A stretch of 64,000 bases of DNA, taken from UHGV virus genome UHGV-0286546. One strand, 5' to 3'. This DNA comes from a virus. Made by a program: the position numbers and the translations under genes. Below the pieces are notes generated by a model. That model saw only the letters and a list, made by a program, of their open reading frames with translations, was not told where the DNA came from and did not search any database. How positions within the stretch are numbered: position 1 is the first letter of the stretch; each line of letters opens with the position of its first letter. Positions 44,857 through 54,404 of this stretch are shown here, one piece after another.

Positions 44857-45189
44857 TTAATTTCTTTCCCAAATACCTAAAACAATCATTTGGCCAACTA
44901 AGACTTCAAAATCAACAGTTGGCTTTATTTTTATTTTCACTTTATATCCCAGATCAGAGGCTTCTATATGTGGTTTCAACATAGTCAGTTCCATTTCAAA
45001 TGAATCACACAAATCTGAATTAATTTGATTCATAATATCAACTAAAAGCTGTTGCTGACACATTATTTTAAAATTTAATGCTTCGTCTTCTAAATACGGT
45101 AATCGATCACAATAATACATATCGTGAAAGTAGGTATTCGTAATACATTTAAAAATCTTACTAATTAATAACTCTCTATTGAATTTCAT
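44857..45189 (-). CDS. hypothetical protein (110 aa)
   Basis: ORF in 3-gene minus-strand cassette with 4-nt and 10-nt overlaps. Confidence 0.5.
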   Translation of the reverse strand: MKFNRELLISKIFKCITNTYFHDMYYCDRLPYLEDEALNFKIMCQQQLLVDIMNQINSDLCDSFEMELTMLKPHIEASDLGYKVKIKIKPTVDFEVLVGQMIVLGIWERN

Positions 45190-45512
45190 AAAGCCATCTC
45201 ATATAGTCTATTGGTTATGCGTAATGTTGCAACTATTAATTCACTGTAGGTTTCGTCTAATACCTTTACATTTATACGAATATTAATTACTTTTGGACGT
45301 ACACGTACTAATGTATAATCAATTTGTAAGAACCCTTCGAATTCTTTTTTAATTTTCTTTATATTATCTAGAAAATCCGATTTATATGGACAAATAATAG
45401 TACATATACCTAATTCATTGTTAGAATTCATTGTCACTCGATAACCAGACATCTTAAAACACTTATGAACTAAGCTATAAAAAATTGCTCTATTATAATC
45501 TTCTATAACCAT
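45186..45512 (-). CDS. hypothetical protein (108 aa)
   Basis: ORF. Confidence 0.5.
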   Translation of the reverse strand: MVIEDYNRAIFYSLVHKCFKMSGYRVTMNSNNELGICTIICPYKSDFLDNIKKIKKEFEGFLQIDYTLVRVRPKVINIRINVKVLDETYSELIVATLRITNRLYEMAL

Positions 45513-45961
45513 GTCTTCATCTCTTGTTCAAATTTTAAGATGTGTGTATTCTTATGATACCCTTTGATCTTTAACAGCGTCATGAAATCTTCTATTTCAT
45601 CAGTATACTCATCGCTAACGCATATCCATAATTCATTCCTTAGCTTTCCGGGCCACGTTGTAATCATATCCTGAGCATATATATGATATGGTTCTGTTTT
45701 TTTAGTAAAATAAAGATATTCGTGTAACAACTTATATTCTCGACTAAATTTATGAATCATATCAATTTCCTCAGAATCTATATTCCCTTGTAAATTAAAT
45801 AAAACATTACAATAAGTTACTCCATCTGTTATTGAATACTCTTGATTGATTAAATATATAGGCAAACCAATATGATTTTTTGCCATTTCTTTTGTCAAAA
45901 TATCAAATATAAAACCTAACTTTTCATCTATAATATCTCTACTATTCATACTGGACTCCAA
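45503..45961 (-). CDS. hypothetical protein (152 aa)
   Basis: ORF. Confidence 0.5.
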   Translation of the reverse strand: MESSMNSRDIIDEKLGFIFDILTKEMAKNHIGLPIYLINQEYSITDGVTYCNVLFNLQGNIDSEEIDMIHKFSREYKLLHEYLYFTKKTEPYHIYAQDMITTWPGKLRNELWICVSDEYTDEIEDFMTLLKIKGYHKNTHILKFEQEMKTWL

Positions 45962-46067
45962 AGATTATTATAATTATAAAGAATTGTACCATAGTCTTAA
46001 TAGAAAAGTAAAACATTATTATTCTATTATGTGATATTAATTTAAATAAACAAGGATATAACTCACA

Positions 46068-46370
46068 ATGATTAAAACATTAAATGAAGAAACTTATGAG
46101 TATGAAGATATATCATTGGAAGAATTACATTGGCGCGTACATAATAGCATGGACCGTTCAGATAACTTTAATTACGGTGAATATGAAGATTTAGAAAAAC
46201 CAACTAATGATTATGATATAGAAGATTTTACTGAAAATCCTTATGACTATGGATCACAAGAATATCTGACTACTATGGAAAAACTAAAGGCACAGCGAGA
46301 CAAATACAGAGAAAGTAAAGAAAACTCTAAAAATTTATACCTGCAAAATTGTAAAAAATATTCCAGATAA
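46068..46370 (+). CDS. small acidic hypothetical protein (100 aa)
   Basis: ORF with RBS AAGGATA. Confidence 0.5.
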   Translation: MIKTLNEETYEYEDISLEELHWRVHNSMDRSDNFNYGEYEDLEKPTNDYDIEDFTENPYDYGSQEYLTTMEKLKAQRDKYRESKENSKNLYLQNCKKYSR

Positions 46371-46431
46371 AAAGGTTTTACATTATACCATATATTAAAT
46401 ATAATAAACTCATGATAACAAAGGATATAAC

Positions 46432-46761
46432 ATGTATAACCAACAAAAAGTAAATAATTTTAAAACACTATTGAGAATAAAATACCCAACGCCTCTTGCT
46501 GATGGAAACGAAGCACAAAAGTTGGCCTGGCGTATCTTTAATCATTTAACTACAACATATAATCCTAAAATAGAAGCATTAGATACGTATGACTCTCCAA
46601 AAACGCATTATATATTATTTATAGGTAACAAACGTATAGATGTTGAATTATCCTCATCTGCTTTTTATGTTAAAGATGTACCACTTTGGACAGTAGATGA
46701 AAAAGAAACTTATCTAAACAGTACATTTATAAATTACTTGCTAAATGAAAATTTAATATAA
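46432..46761 (+). CDS. hypothetical protein (109 aa)
   Basis: ORF with RBS AAGGATA. Confidence 0.5.
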   Translation: MYNQQKVNNFKTLLRIKYPTPLADGNEAQKLAWRIFNHLTTTYNPKIEALDTYDSPKTHYILFIGNKRIDVELSSSAFYVKDVPLWTVDEKETYLNSTFINYLLNENLI

Positions 46762-46775
46762 AAGGAAGATAAATC

Positions 46776-47075
46776 ATGGGAACTAATTACTACTTACACA
46801 CTGACTTCTGTCCTTGCTGTGGAAAACCTAAAAAAGAAATTCACCTGGGTAAGTCTTCCTTCGGTTGGAAATTCTTAATTCATAAAACAAAGAAAACTTC
46901 TAATTATAAAGATTTTTGTAATTTTTTAAAAACAGGAATAATTAAAGACGAATACGGTGAAGAATGGACAACAGAAGATTTTCTAGATTTAGTAAACGCA
47001 CATCAAAACGATAAAACTGATAAAGACTGCGAAATTATTGACGGATATGCTTTTTTAGATTGTGATTTTACTTAA
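46776..47075 (+). CDS. zinc-ribbon protein (99 aa)
   Basis: CPCCGKPKKEIHLGKSSFGWKF Cys pair + downstream Cys. Confidence 0.5.
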   Translation: MGTNYYLHTDFCPCCGKPKKEIHLGKSSFGWKFLIHKTKKTSNYKDFCNFLKTGIIKDEYGEEWTTEDFLDLVNAHQNDKTDKDCEIIDGYAFLDCDFT

Positions 47076-47087
47076 AGGAATAACGTA

Positions 47088-47540
47088 ATGAAAATATTTG
47101 GATACAACATTTTAAAAGATTCCGAACTTGAAAGAATTAAAAAAGACCATTGGGAAGATTTTAAAAAATATCTTAAAATAAAAAAGCTTTGGCATATTGA
47201 CTATCACTGGGAAAAGAAACCTAAGTGTTCTGCTTGTGATGAAAAAAGAAAACTAACCATACAAATGCCTGATGGTAGCACAACAAAAATTTCTTGCTCT
47301 TGTGATAAAACTATAACAATAATGGAAGTAGCCCCACTCGATAAGGAATTACCTATTATCGCTGTTAAAGGAGAAATCGTATATATGGCTGATGGGTTTA
47401 GTGAATGGAGTGTTAGTGGCAGAATTATATTCAAACAATCAGAATTATATACCACAGAAGAACATTTAGATAGATGTTTCTTTACTTCAAAGAAATTAGC
47501 TGAGCAGGCTTTAAAAATTATAAAGGAAAATGAAAAGTGA
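47088..47540 (+). CDS. Cys-containing hypothetical protein (150 aa)
   Basis: ORF; CSACDEKRK...CSCDK. Confidence 0.5.
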   Translation: MKIFGYNILKDSELERIKKDHWEDFKKYLKIKKLWHIDYHWEKKPKCSACDEKRKLTIQMPDGSTTKISCSCDKTITIMEVAPLDKELPIIAVKGEIVYMADGFSEWSVSGRIIFKQSELYTTEEHLDRCFFTSKKLAEQALKIIKENEK

Positions 47541-48223
47541 CTTTATTGATTGACAATACAGATAAACTAAAAGCTATAATGGAATTTAATCCATCATTAT
47601 CTTATTATAAATTTGTCTGTTTGATAAGAGAAAAAGATTATAAAGATAAAGAAATGCCTCTATCTAACAAAGAAAAACAAGAAATACTTGTAAAACAATG
47701 GCTTGTTGATTCCCAAGAATCATTAGATAAACAATTGCCTGATATGCTTAAAATGACAGATATGTTTAAATGTAGATTATATATGTGCTTAGATAGAAAA
47801 TCTACAATGAAAACATTAGTACAGATGAGAAATCAAATAAATAATTATCTTGATCCATTTTTGGGTAATGATAATCCTAGCTGTTCTATTAAAGCTATAA
47901 ACAAAGTCATTATATCAGCAAGTTCTGTTTCTGAATCTTCTGATAAAAAATTTAGAAGATGGTTATATGATTGTGATTCATTGTCTTCATCTTTGAAAGA
48001 ATATGTTAGAGATGATTGTGGACAATTTTATCTAGCAACATTTAAAACAAAAAACGGTTATCATGTTGTTGCTAAAAGAGAGTTTAATGGTACTAGTGTT
48101 ATATCTGAATTAGCTGATTATGCTTTTGAAAATGGGTTAACTAAAGAATTTTTAGATTCACAAAATAGACCACTAGTTGAACTAAAAGAAAATGCTATGG
48201 TATTGGTTGCTATGGGAGAGTAA
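47537..48223 (+). CDS. hypothetical protein (228 aa)
   Basis: ORF with 4-nt overlap. Confidence 0.5.
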   Translation: MTLLIDNTDKLKAIMEFNPSLSYYKFVCLIREKDYKDKEMPLSNKEKQEILVKQWLVDSQESLDKQLPDMLKMTDMFKCRLYMCLDRKSTMKTLVQMRNQINNYLDPFLGNDNPSCSIKAINKVIISASSVSESSDKKFRRWLYDCDSLSSSLKEYVRDDCGQFYLATFKTKNGYHVVAKREFNGTSVISELADYAFENGLTKEFLDSQNRPLVELKENAMVLVAMGE

Positions 48224-48225
48224 CA

Positions 48226-48528
48226 ATGGAAATTAAAGATAGCATACCAAAAATTCCAAGTAATAGATTTTTATTTGAAAATTGGAACTCAAGATTTTGT
48301 ATAAACTTTTATGATATGTATGAGAATAAGGAATTTATAAAAAGTAAAATCATAGGCTGGTGTGAATCATCAAAAGTTTTTGCGAGAAAAAGAAATGACG
48401 AGGAATCCATTGCTATTATGCTTGATGATAATACTTGGTGTCATTTTCCAACCTTTGCGATTGAGTGTTTAATAGGTAAAGATATGAGAAATTTTTGGAA
48501 TTTTGAAAAGTATGAGGTCAAAGAATGA
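48226..48528 (+). CDS. hypothetical protein (100 aa)
   Basis: ORF. Confidence 0.5.
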   Translation: MEIKDSIPKIPSNRFLFENWNSRFCINFYDMYENKEFIKSKIIGWCESSKVFARKRNDEESIAIMLDDNTWCHFPTFAIECLIGKDMRNFWNFEKYEVKE

Positions 48529-48680
48529 TTAAAGTGGCAATTTATAATAGCTATTATTCTTGGGTAAATGATGAACCAGAGGCTGTATTAACCTTGAAAG
48601 AGTTTGAAGATGAGTTTAACAGCAGATTAGATAATAATTTAGACTTTGACCCTAGTCGTATCAGATTTATTGTTGAATAG
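48525..48680 (+). CDS. small hypothetical protein (51 aa, below track cutoff), ATGA-coupled to upstream gene
   Basis: ATG overlapping upstream TGA; clean ORF MIKVAIYNSYYSWVNDEPEAV... Confidence 0.4.
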   Translation: MIKVAIYNSYYSWVNDEPEAVLTLKEFEDEFNSRLDNNLDFDPSRIRFIVE

Positions 48681-48688
48681 GAAATTAA

Positions 48689-48931
48689 GTGATGTTTGAA
48701 GTACCAGAAGAAATATTGATTTATGCTTTTAGATATGCATTAGGTAGATTATCTTCTTCCCCCTACGATGTTGCTATATTGTTGATTAAAAACAAAAATA
48801 AAATAAGTAAGCATTACAAAACTATGATTGTAAATGAAATAGACTTGTTTTTAAGTTTGAAAGAAGATCATCCTAAAGATTTGGTAGAATTATGGAAAAC
48901 TGTTAAAACCGAAATGGAAAGGACAAATTGA
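48689..48931 (+). CDS. hypothetical protein (80 aa)
   Basis: ORF. Confidence 0.5.
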   Translation: MMFEVPEEILIYAFRYALGRLSSSPYDVAILLIKNKNKISKHYKTMIVNEIDLFLSLKEDHPKDLVELWKTVKTEMERTN

Positions 48932-49203
48932 TGTCATATTATTCAGAAAAAGATGAAGTGATATTCTATAATAGTCCTACAAATGATGAAATTGAGCTTT
49001 ATCTTATGTTAAATTGGGAAGAACTGAAAAAGAACAATTATATTTGGGAAGATATTAATGGTAAGAGGTTTAAAGAAAATCAAATAGATAACAGATATCT
49101 AAAAAATATAATCCGTTATTGTAGACGAAATTTTAGACCGCAAGAACAAATAACAGCTTTAAACAATCTAGCTTTAAGAAGGGGTATCAAATGGCACGTT
49201 TAG
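48928..49203 (+). CDS. hypothetical protein (91 aa)
   Basis: ORF with 4-nt overlap. Confidence 0.5.
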   Translation: MMSYYSEKDEVIFYNSPTNDEIELYLMLNWEELKKNNYIWEDINGKRFKENQIDNRYLKNIIRYCRRNFRPQEQITALNNLALRRGIKWHV

Positions 49204-49595
49204 AAGAAGTTTTATCAGAGTTCAGAAAAGGAGCGAAAATTAGAGCTACTCATTGGGATAAAAACTCCTATATCGAAATCAAGAATGAAGAGATTGTTGA
49301 TTGTAAAGGAACTGATGTCGGTGATTTACCATTTTATAAAGTAATGAACAATGATTGGGAATTTTATCGAGAACTAGAACCAGACTGGGATTATATCATT
49401 AAGAATAAGTGTTTATGCTGGTTTTGGGATAAAAGAGAAGATCACAAAATAGCAGGAATTTTAGAAAAATATTGTAATTTAAACAATATAAGTAGATTTA
49501 TTGTGAATATTTATGGGGAAGAAGCAGGTTTTTTTCACTGTCGTCCTGTTTGTAAAAATGAGATAAACTTTTATGAGGATAGAAAAGATGAGTAG
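49191..49595 (+). CDS. hypothetical protein (134 aa)
   Basis: ORF. Confidence 0.5.
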   Translation: MARLEEVLSEFRKGAKIRATHWDKNSYIEIKNEEIVDCKGTDVGDLPFYKVMNNDWEFYRELEPDWDYIIKNKCLCWFWDKREDHKIAGILEKYCNLNNISRFIVNIYGEEAGFFHCRPVCKNEINFYEDRKDE

Positions 49596-49803
49596 ATACG
49601 ATTATATGGATAAAGAAATCCTAGCTAATTTGCTATATGAGAGAGATAAAGAAATTGAATCTCTAAAAGATGAATTACGCTCAGAACGTAGAAAAAAGGA
49701 AGATTTAATGTATGAAGTAACAAAATTAAAACCTTATGAACAACGAGCAAAAAACTCTTATGATAATTGGGTTACAAACGCTGAAAGAGAAATATATGAA
49801 TAA
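49588..49803 (+). CDS. small coiled-coil protein (start moved to ATG after GAGGATAGAAAAG RBS)
   Basis: RBS spacing; same RBS module repeated before 49892 and 51437. Confidence 0.5.
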   Translation: MSRYDYMDKEILANLLYERDKEIESLKDELRSERRKKEDLMYEVTKLKPYEQRAKNSYDNWVTNAEREIYE

Positions 49804-49891
49804 AGAAATATTTAAGGTTCAAATAAGCGTGAATAAAAAGTGGGCATCTTGTTTATAATGAAAACCGAAGATTTTACAGAGGATAGAAAAG

Positions 49892-50074
49892 ATGGGATTT
49901 GAAGAAGCATTAAATTATATGAAAGAAGGTAAAAAAGTCTATATCAACGGTGATGATTACGCAATCATTGACGATGAAATAAGAGTTTTCCCAAATAAGT
50001 GGGATGATGATTTTCCAGCTTCGTTGGATAGTGATTTAATTTTATCTGATAATTGGAGCTTATGCGATGAGTAA
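49892..50074 (+). CDS. small hypothetical protein (60 aa)
   Basis: ORF after GAGGATAGAAAAG RBS. Confidence 0.5.
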   Translation: MGFEEALNYMKEGKKVYINGDDYAIIDDEIRVFPNKWDDDFPASLDSDLILSDNWSLCDE

Positions 50075-50210
50075 AGAAAAGGTCTATATCTGTGTCGGTG
50101 AGGGCTACATAAACAACATCAGACAAGGCTTGTGCGGTGGCTATGGAACTGTTAGTAATATCATTCAATGGTTATTTAATCGTTCAAAAAAAGATTGTTT
50201 CCCTGAATAA
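50067..50210 (+). CDS. small Cys/Gly-rich protein (47 aa, below cutoff)
   Basis: ATG overlapping upstream stop; ORF MSKEKVYICVGEGYINNIRQGLCGGYG... Confidence 0.35.
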   Translation: MSKEKVYICVGEGYINNIRQGLCGGYGTVSNIIQWLFNRSKKDCFPE

Positions 50211-50235
50211 ACAGACAAGGAAATAATTAATTATT

Positions 50236-50508
50236 TTGCCAAGAATTACCGGAAAAGGTTTGAAGAAAAGAGCAACGAAAGCGGAGGTTGGAGTATTCAA
50301 AAGGAGAAATCAGATGTGGCAGAAGATTAAAAAAATTTTAAATTTATACAAAAATTGGTTTTTATCAATATTGAAAATTTTATTTTTGATTTGTTTATTA
50401 ATAATGAGTTTAACTGTAATAATATTATCAGCCCCTTTTATTATTTCAACAAAAGTTCAAACGGTTTTACAAAATATGTTTGATAAGATTATAAGGTTTA
50501 TGTGGTGA
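50236..50508 (+). CDS. small membrane protein (90 aa) containing internal MWQKIK module
   Basis: Hydrophobic C-terminal half; shares DNA repeat TGATGTGGCAGAAGATTAAA with next two MWQKIK genes. Confidence 0.45.
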   Translation: MPRITGKGLKKRATKAEVGVFKRRNQMWQKIKKILNLYKNWFLSILKILFLICLLIMSLTVIILSAPFIISTKVQTVLQNMFDKIIRFMW

Positions 50509-50699
50509 TGTGGCAGAAGATTAAATGCTGGCTAAAACAACTATTTTGCAAGCACGAATGGAAGTGTTTAAATTATGACTGCAAATATCGTAAACCGAAT
50601 TGGTGTGGTGACGAGGGTTTAATTCATGGATTACCGTTATGTTGGGCTTGTTATTCTCGTCATGTAGTTTGTAAACATTGTGGAAAGATAAAAAAATGA
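50502..50699 (+). CDS. Cys-rich MWQKIK-family small protein (65 aa)
   Basis: 9 Cys; ends CKHCGKIKK; GTG/ATG start. Confidence 0.5.
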   Translation: MVMWQKIKCWLKQLFCKHEWKCLNYDCKYRKPNWCGDEGLIHGLPLCWACYSRHVVCKHCGKIKK

Positions 50700-51112
50700 G
50701 TGTACAAGCTTGTAGAATAAGAGGATTTGGTTATAAATTTGATTATGAATATCCATTGTTCTCTTTTATAAAAGGTGAAGATGAAGAAGAAATATTAGAC
50801 AACGAATATGACTTCATTGATGTTTTGGGATTGAATTTTAGTTATTATGATATGCATAACACCCCATCTGATAAAAATAAACGCAAATTAATGATTATTA
50901 CAGATGGAATGAATGGAAACTATAAAGCCGTTATGTTTGTAACTCAAGTTATTGATATGTATGATACTCATGGATTTTATGAGCAGGGTTGGGTAAGAGA
51001 TTTTAGAAATGACGACTGGTTGCGAAAATGTGCGAAAAGAGATATTGAAACGTTATTACAGCGAAAATTTGATGAAGAACCTATTGAATTAGATTTAGAA
51101 TATTATAGTTAG
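50696..51112 (+). CDS. hypothetical protein (start at ATG overlapping upstream TGA)
   Basis: ATGA coupling; track TTG start less likely. Confidence 0.5.
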   Translation: MSVQACRIRGFGYKFDYEYPLFSFIKGEDEEEILDNEYDFIDVLGLNFSYYDMHNTPSDKNKRKLMIITDGMNGNYKAVMFVTQVIDMYDTHGFYEQGWVRDFRNDDWLRKCAKRDIETLLQRKFDEEPIELDLEYYS

Positions 51113-51121
51113 GAGATTGTG

Positions 51122-51394
51122 ATGTGGCAGAAGATTAAACGCTGGTTTACTAGACCGTTACTTAAACCTAGAACAGTGTTAGCTAGAGCTGATATAGGCG
51201 GAGAATGGTTTAGATTTAAAGTTCATAAAGGTAACCAAATTTACCTATATTGGTTTGGTTATATGTTTCCCCTCGAGTTGCAAGAAGATGGTTCAACTAT
51301 TTGTAAAAAAGAGGGGATAAGAGGATACAATAAACCATATTATTGGCATTGGATAGGAGATGACGGTAGAGATTGTCGTCAGGCAACGTTGTAA
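51122..51394 (+). CDS. MWQKIK-family small protein (paralog of 50502..50699 with replaced middle)
   Basis: Same 5' module; decayed copy of the CKHCGKIKK-encoding 3' module lies just past its stop (51380..51410). Confidence 0.5.
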   Translation: MWQKIKRWFTRPLLKPRTVLARADIGGEWFRFKVHKGNQIYLYWFGYMFPLELQEDGSTICKKEGIRGYNKPYYWHWIGDDGRDCRQATL

Positions 51395-51436
51395 ATATTG
51401 TGGAAAGATTAAGTAATTTTTATAAGGATAGAAATG

Positions 51437-51874
51437 ATGAGTAAATCAAAACCAGAAGTCGGTGATATATGGGAAATATCTGATCCAAACGCTGGAACTT
51501 ACCGAGCTCTTGTCATTAATACAACCAACTTTAAACATCCCTATTGTATTACAGATGACCTAGAAGGATGTTTTTTATGGGGCTATTCAACTGAAACATA
51601 TATTGGTAACTCTAAAGGTTCAATTTCGGCTTTATTTGAGGTAAAAAACGATAATATTATAAAAGTAGGACAGATTTACGAATTACCAGAAACAAAGGGT
51701 AGAGTTGTTGTTATTAGAGCTCCTGAAACAAAATCTCCATTAGATTGGGTGTATTTTATTTTTGATAATGGATATACCAAAAGATTATGGCAGAAAACAG
51801 TTAAAGAGCTTAAACTCATCACAGAATACCCCACTTGGCAGGAGGCCGTTAATTCAAAGGAGTTTAAAAAATAA
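51437..51874 (+). CDS. hypothetical protein (145 aa)
   Basis: ORF after AAGGATAGAAATG module. Confidence 0.5.
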   Translation: MSKSKPEVGDIWEISDPNAGTYRALVINTTNFKHPYCITDDLEGCFLWGYSTETYIGNSKGSISALFEVKNDNIIKVGQIYELPETKGRVVVIRAPETKSPLDWVYFIFDNGYTKRLWQKTVKELKLITEYPTWQEAVNSKEFKK

Positions 51875-51988
51875 TACAAATGGGGATGTGATAGTTTAGG
51901 CGTTTGAAATACTAGTTAGCCGATACGAAAGAGATTCCACCGGTGCGACTCTGGACATCCCCACTATTTTAACAAAGGAGTTTAAAAA

Positions 51989-52186
51989 ATGATTGATATT
52001 ATAAAAGCCTTCTGTGAAATGATAATAGATACTACTGTCATTACATTACTAGGTATCGTGTGTATTCTTCTATTTGTATGCGCCTTCTTATTTTTTCCAT
52101 TTAAAAGTATAAAAGCTTGGTTCGGTACACAAATATATAAAATCGCAGATACTATGGAATACTACTTAACAAAAACTGAATACTAA
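51989..52186 (+). CDS. small membrane protein (65 aa)
   Basis: Central hydrophobic helix; RBS AAAGGAG. Confidence 0.5.
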   Translation: MIDIIKAFCEMIIDTTVITLLGIVCILLFVCAFLFFPFKSIKAWFGTQIYKIADTMEYYLTKTEY

Positions 52187-52214
52187 AACATAACTACTAC
52201 TGAAAGATAAACAA

Positions 52215-52574
52215 ATGAACACTACTGATAAAACATACCTCAAATCAAGAACTAAAACTGAATATAAACTCCTATCCTATATAACAAAAACACTAAACCT
52301 TAACTCAAAAGACTTTAAAATTAAAAAAGCCAAACGTAAAGATAAACCCTCTATGCTAATGTCTTCCATGCCAATTATAACTAACGTCTACAAATTTCTA
52401 AAAAATAATTATAACCTACCAGAACTTACTATATCTACATCATATTATTCAGATACAAAAAAACTACTAAGAAGATCTCATACTGAATATAATGTCCTAC
52501 ACCTCAAAATAAACAATACAGTACAAGATCCTCAAGACATACTAACCCTACTCCGTATTAAAAACTCTATATAA
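52215..52574 (+). CDS. doubtful ORF (119 aa, K/T/L/N low complexity) inside G-depleted block
   Basis: Open frame may simply reflect absence of G (TAG/TGA impossible) over 52.19-52.92 kb. Confidence 0.25.
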   Translation: MNTTDKTYLKSRTKTEYKLLSYITKTLNLNSKDFKIKKAKRKDKPSMLMSSMPIITNVYKFLKNNYNLPELTISTSYYSDTKKLLRRSHTEYNVLHLKINNTVQDPQDILTLLRIKNSI

Positions 52575-52942
52575 CACACAATCTACCTATAGGGGCCATA
52601 CGTATATTACACAACCTACTACGTTAATAACTACGCTAATAGCTACACTAACTCCAACATGGCCCCTCTACATATCCCATAACCATACATACCACACAAC
52701 TTCACCTACAATACCTACAAGGGGCCTTACTTATACCTATACAACATAATACGGACCTACAACTATACTAGCCTATAAACTAACTTTACCTTTGGCCCCT
52801 CTACGAACTCTACGACTAATACTTCCCTTGCTACCTATGTACCCTGCCTTGCTACTTCTGCCTTTCTTTTATTTATCTTAACACTTCCAACGCTTCCCCT
52901 CCTACTGGATTTTATATTGAGCTTATTATTTATATACGTAAA

Positions 52943-52961
52943 GGCCCCATGGCGGGGGGCC
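52943..52961. repeat. GC-only palindromic hairpin GGCCCC-atggcgg-GGGGCC at junction of G-depleted block and AT-rich iterons
   Basis: 6-bp pure G/C stem in about 25% GC context. Confidence 0.6.
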
Positions 52962-53470
52962 CACCATGAGATAATTAAAATATTTTCAATGGTGAATTTT
53001 TTTTATTTCAATGGTGAAAAAAATTTATTATTATAAATATATAATAAATAATAAAAAAGCTTAATTAAAAAAATTTTAATATAAATATAAAAAATACAAG
53101 GTTAAAATTTTTATTTTCAAGGCTAAAATTATTTATTATAATAAATTATAATTTAAAATAAAATTTTACAAAAGCTTTTTATTTTATATAATATGCAAGT
53201 TTGTAAATTTATTTTAAGAAGTAAATTAAAAGCTAATTAAATATAAAGAGCTTCAAGGCTAACTTTTTTGTTTTCAAGGCTTAAAAAATATAATATAATA
53301 AAAAAATTTTAATTAAAATAATAAAAAGCTTCAAGGTTGAAATTTTTGTTTTCAAGGTTCAAATTATTTATTATTATAAAAATATAATAAATAAAAAATT
53401 ATAAAAGCTTTTTATTTTAATAATAATATGCAAGTTTATAAGTTTATTTATTAAATATAAAAAAAGAATC
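52962..53470. repeat. extreme AT-rich iteron region (direct repeats of ~45 bp AAAAGCTTTTTATTTTA..ATATGCAAGTTT(G/A)TAA(A/G)TTTATTT and TTTTCAAGG(C/T)T(A/T)AAA motifs x6)
   Basis: Repeats visible at 53165/53400 and 53113/53258/53283/53330/53347; >90% A+T. Confidence 0.6.
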
Positions 53471-53623
53471 TAATCGTAATTTGTAAATATATAATACAAT
53501 TACAATTAGCCCTAGGAGAACAGTTGTCTCAGAGCTGTTGTGATTATACTATATATTTCGTTTTGACAGAGATGATATATATAGATTTTGTAAATTAACC
53601 AACCACTATGAAAGGAAAAAGCT

Positions 53624-53959
53624 ATGACAAAGGCTAAAAAAACCATGACTGTTGAAGAAGTACGTAAAGCAAGAGAAGAAAACATCCCGGTAGTATTTAA
53701 TATGATAGCTGCACTGAAGGCCATAGAAGATACGCCTGCCAAGGTTGTTAAAAGCGGTGCTCTTGGTGATTTCAGTAAGGATATTATGGAATTGTTTAGG
53801 CAGGCCGGTACCCCCTTGGCATTAAATCAGGTAAGAGCGGCACTTATAGCAGGGGGTAAGGAAGTTACAGCGAAGCAGGTTGCTGATAGATGCTGGTTGC
53901 TTGCGAAGCGTGGTCAGTTGAAGAAGGGTACTGATAAAGGTGTATATGAGTTAGCTTAA
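53624..53959 (+). CDS. hypothetical basic helical protein (111 aa), first gene of higher-GC block
   Basis: ORF preceded by AACCAACC-N-GAAAGGAAA leader motif. Confidence 0.55.
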   Translation: MTKAKKTMTVEEVRKAREENIPVVFNMIAALKAIEDTPAKVVKSGALGDFSKDIMELFRQAGTPLALNQVRAALIAGGKEVTAKQVADRCWLLAKRGQLKKGTDKGVYELA

Positions 53960-54132
53960 GAGCGCCGCATGGTAATTGATATAAGGGGATGTCGTTAGTG
54001 ATGTCCCCTTTTGTTGTATATGAGTAGTATATATAAACGACGAAGATGAGTGAGCGTCGCTTATACATATTGCTTGATAGACAGAATTAAGTGATATGAA
54101 ACCCAACCGATATTAAATGAAAGGAAAATATT

Positions 54133-54327
54133 ATGAATAAAGTATTTAAGAACGTCGCTTATAATAGATCATTGAAGGTAGTGTCGTTAGGAAATGGCAA
54201 CTATGGTTTGTATGATCGTGAGTTTAAGTTTTGGGTAGCGCAAGGCAGCAAGACTGATATGTTAATGTTGTACAAAAAGATGACGGTTAATGCTTATTGT
54301 GATTCAAAGTTATTGATAGCACAGTGA
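54133..54327 (+). CDS. small hypothetical protein (64 aa)
   Basis: ORF preceded by ACCCAACC motif. Confidence 0.5.
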   Translation: MNKVFKNVAYNRSLKVVSLGNGNYGLYDREFKFWVAQGSKTDMLMLYKKMTVNAYCDSKLLIAQ

Positions 54328-54404
54328 CGTTGTAAGAGTAAGAGCGATGTTAGTAATTAGCGTCGCTCTTGTTTGTATTAACCTTTTATTAGGGAGTAAA
54401 CGAT

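Noticed and set aside
52215-52574. 119-aa ORF in G-depleted block
   Set aside because: Kept only as low-confidence feature: absence of G removes TAG/TGA stops, so long ORFs arise by composition; low-complexity K/T/L/N protein
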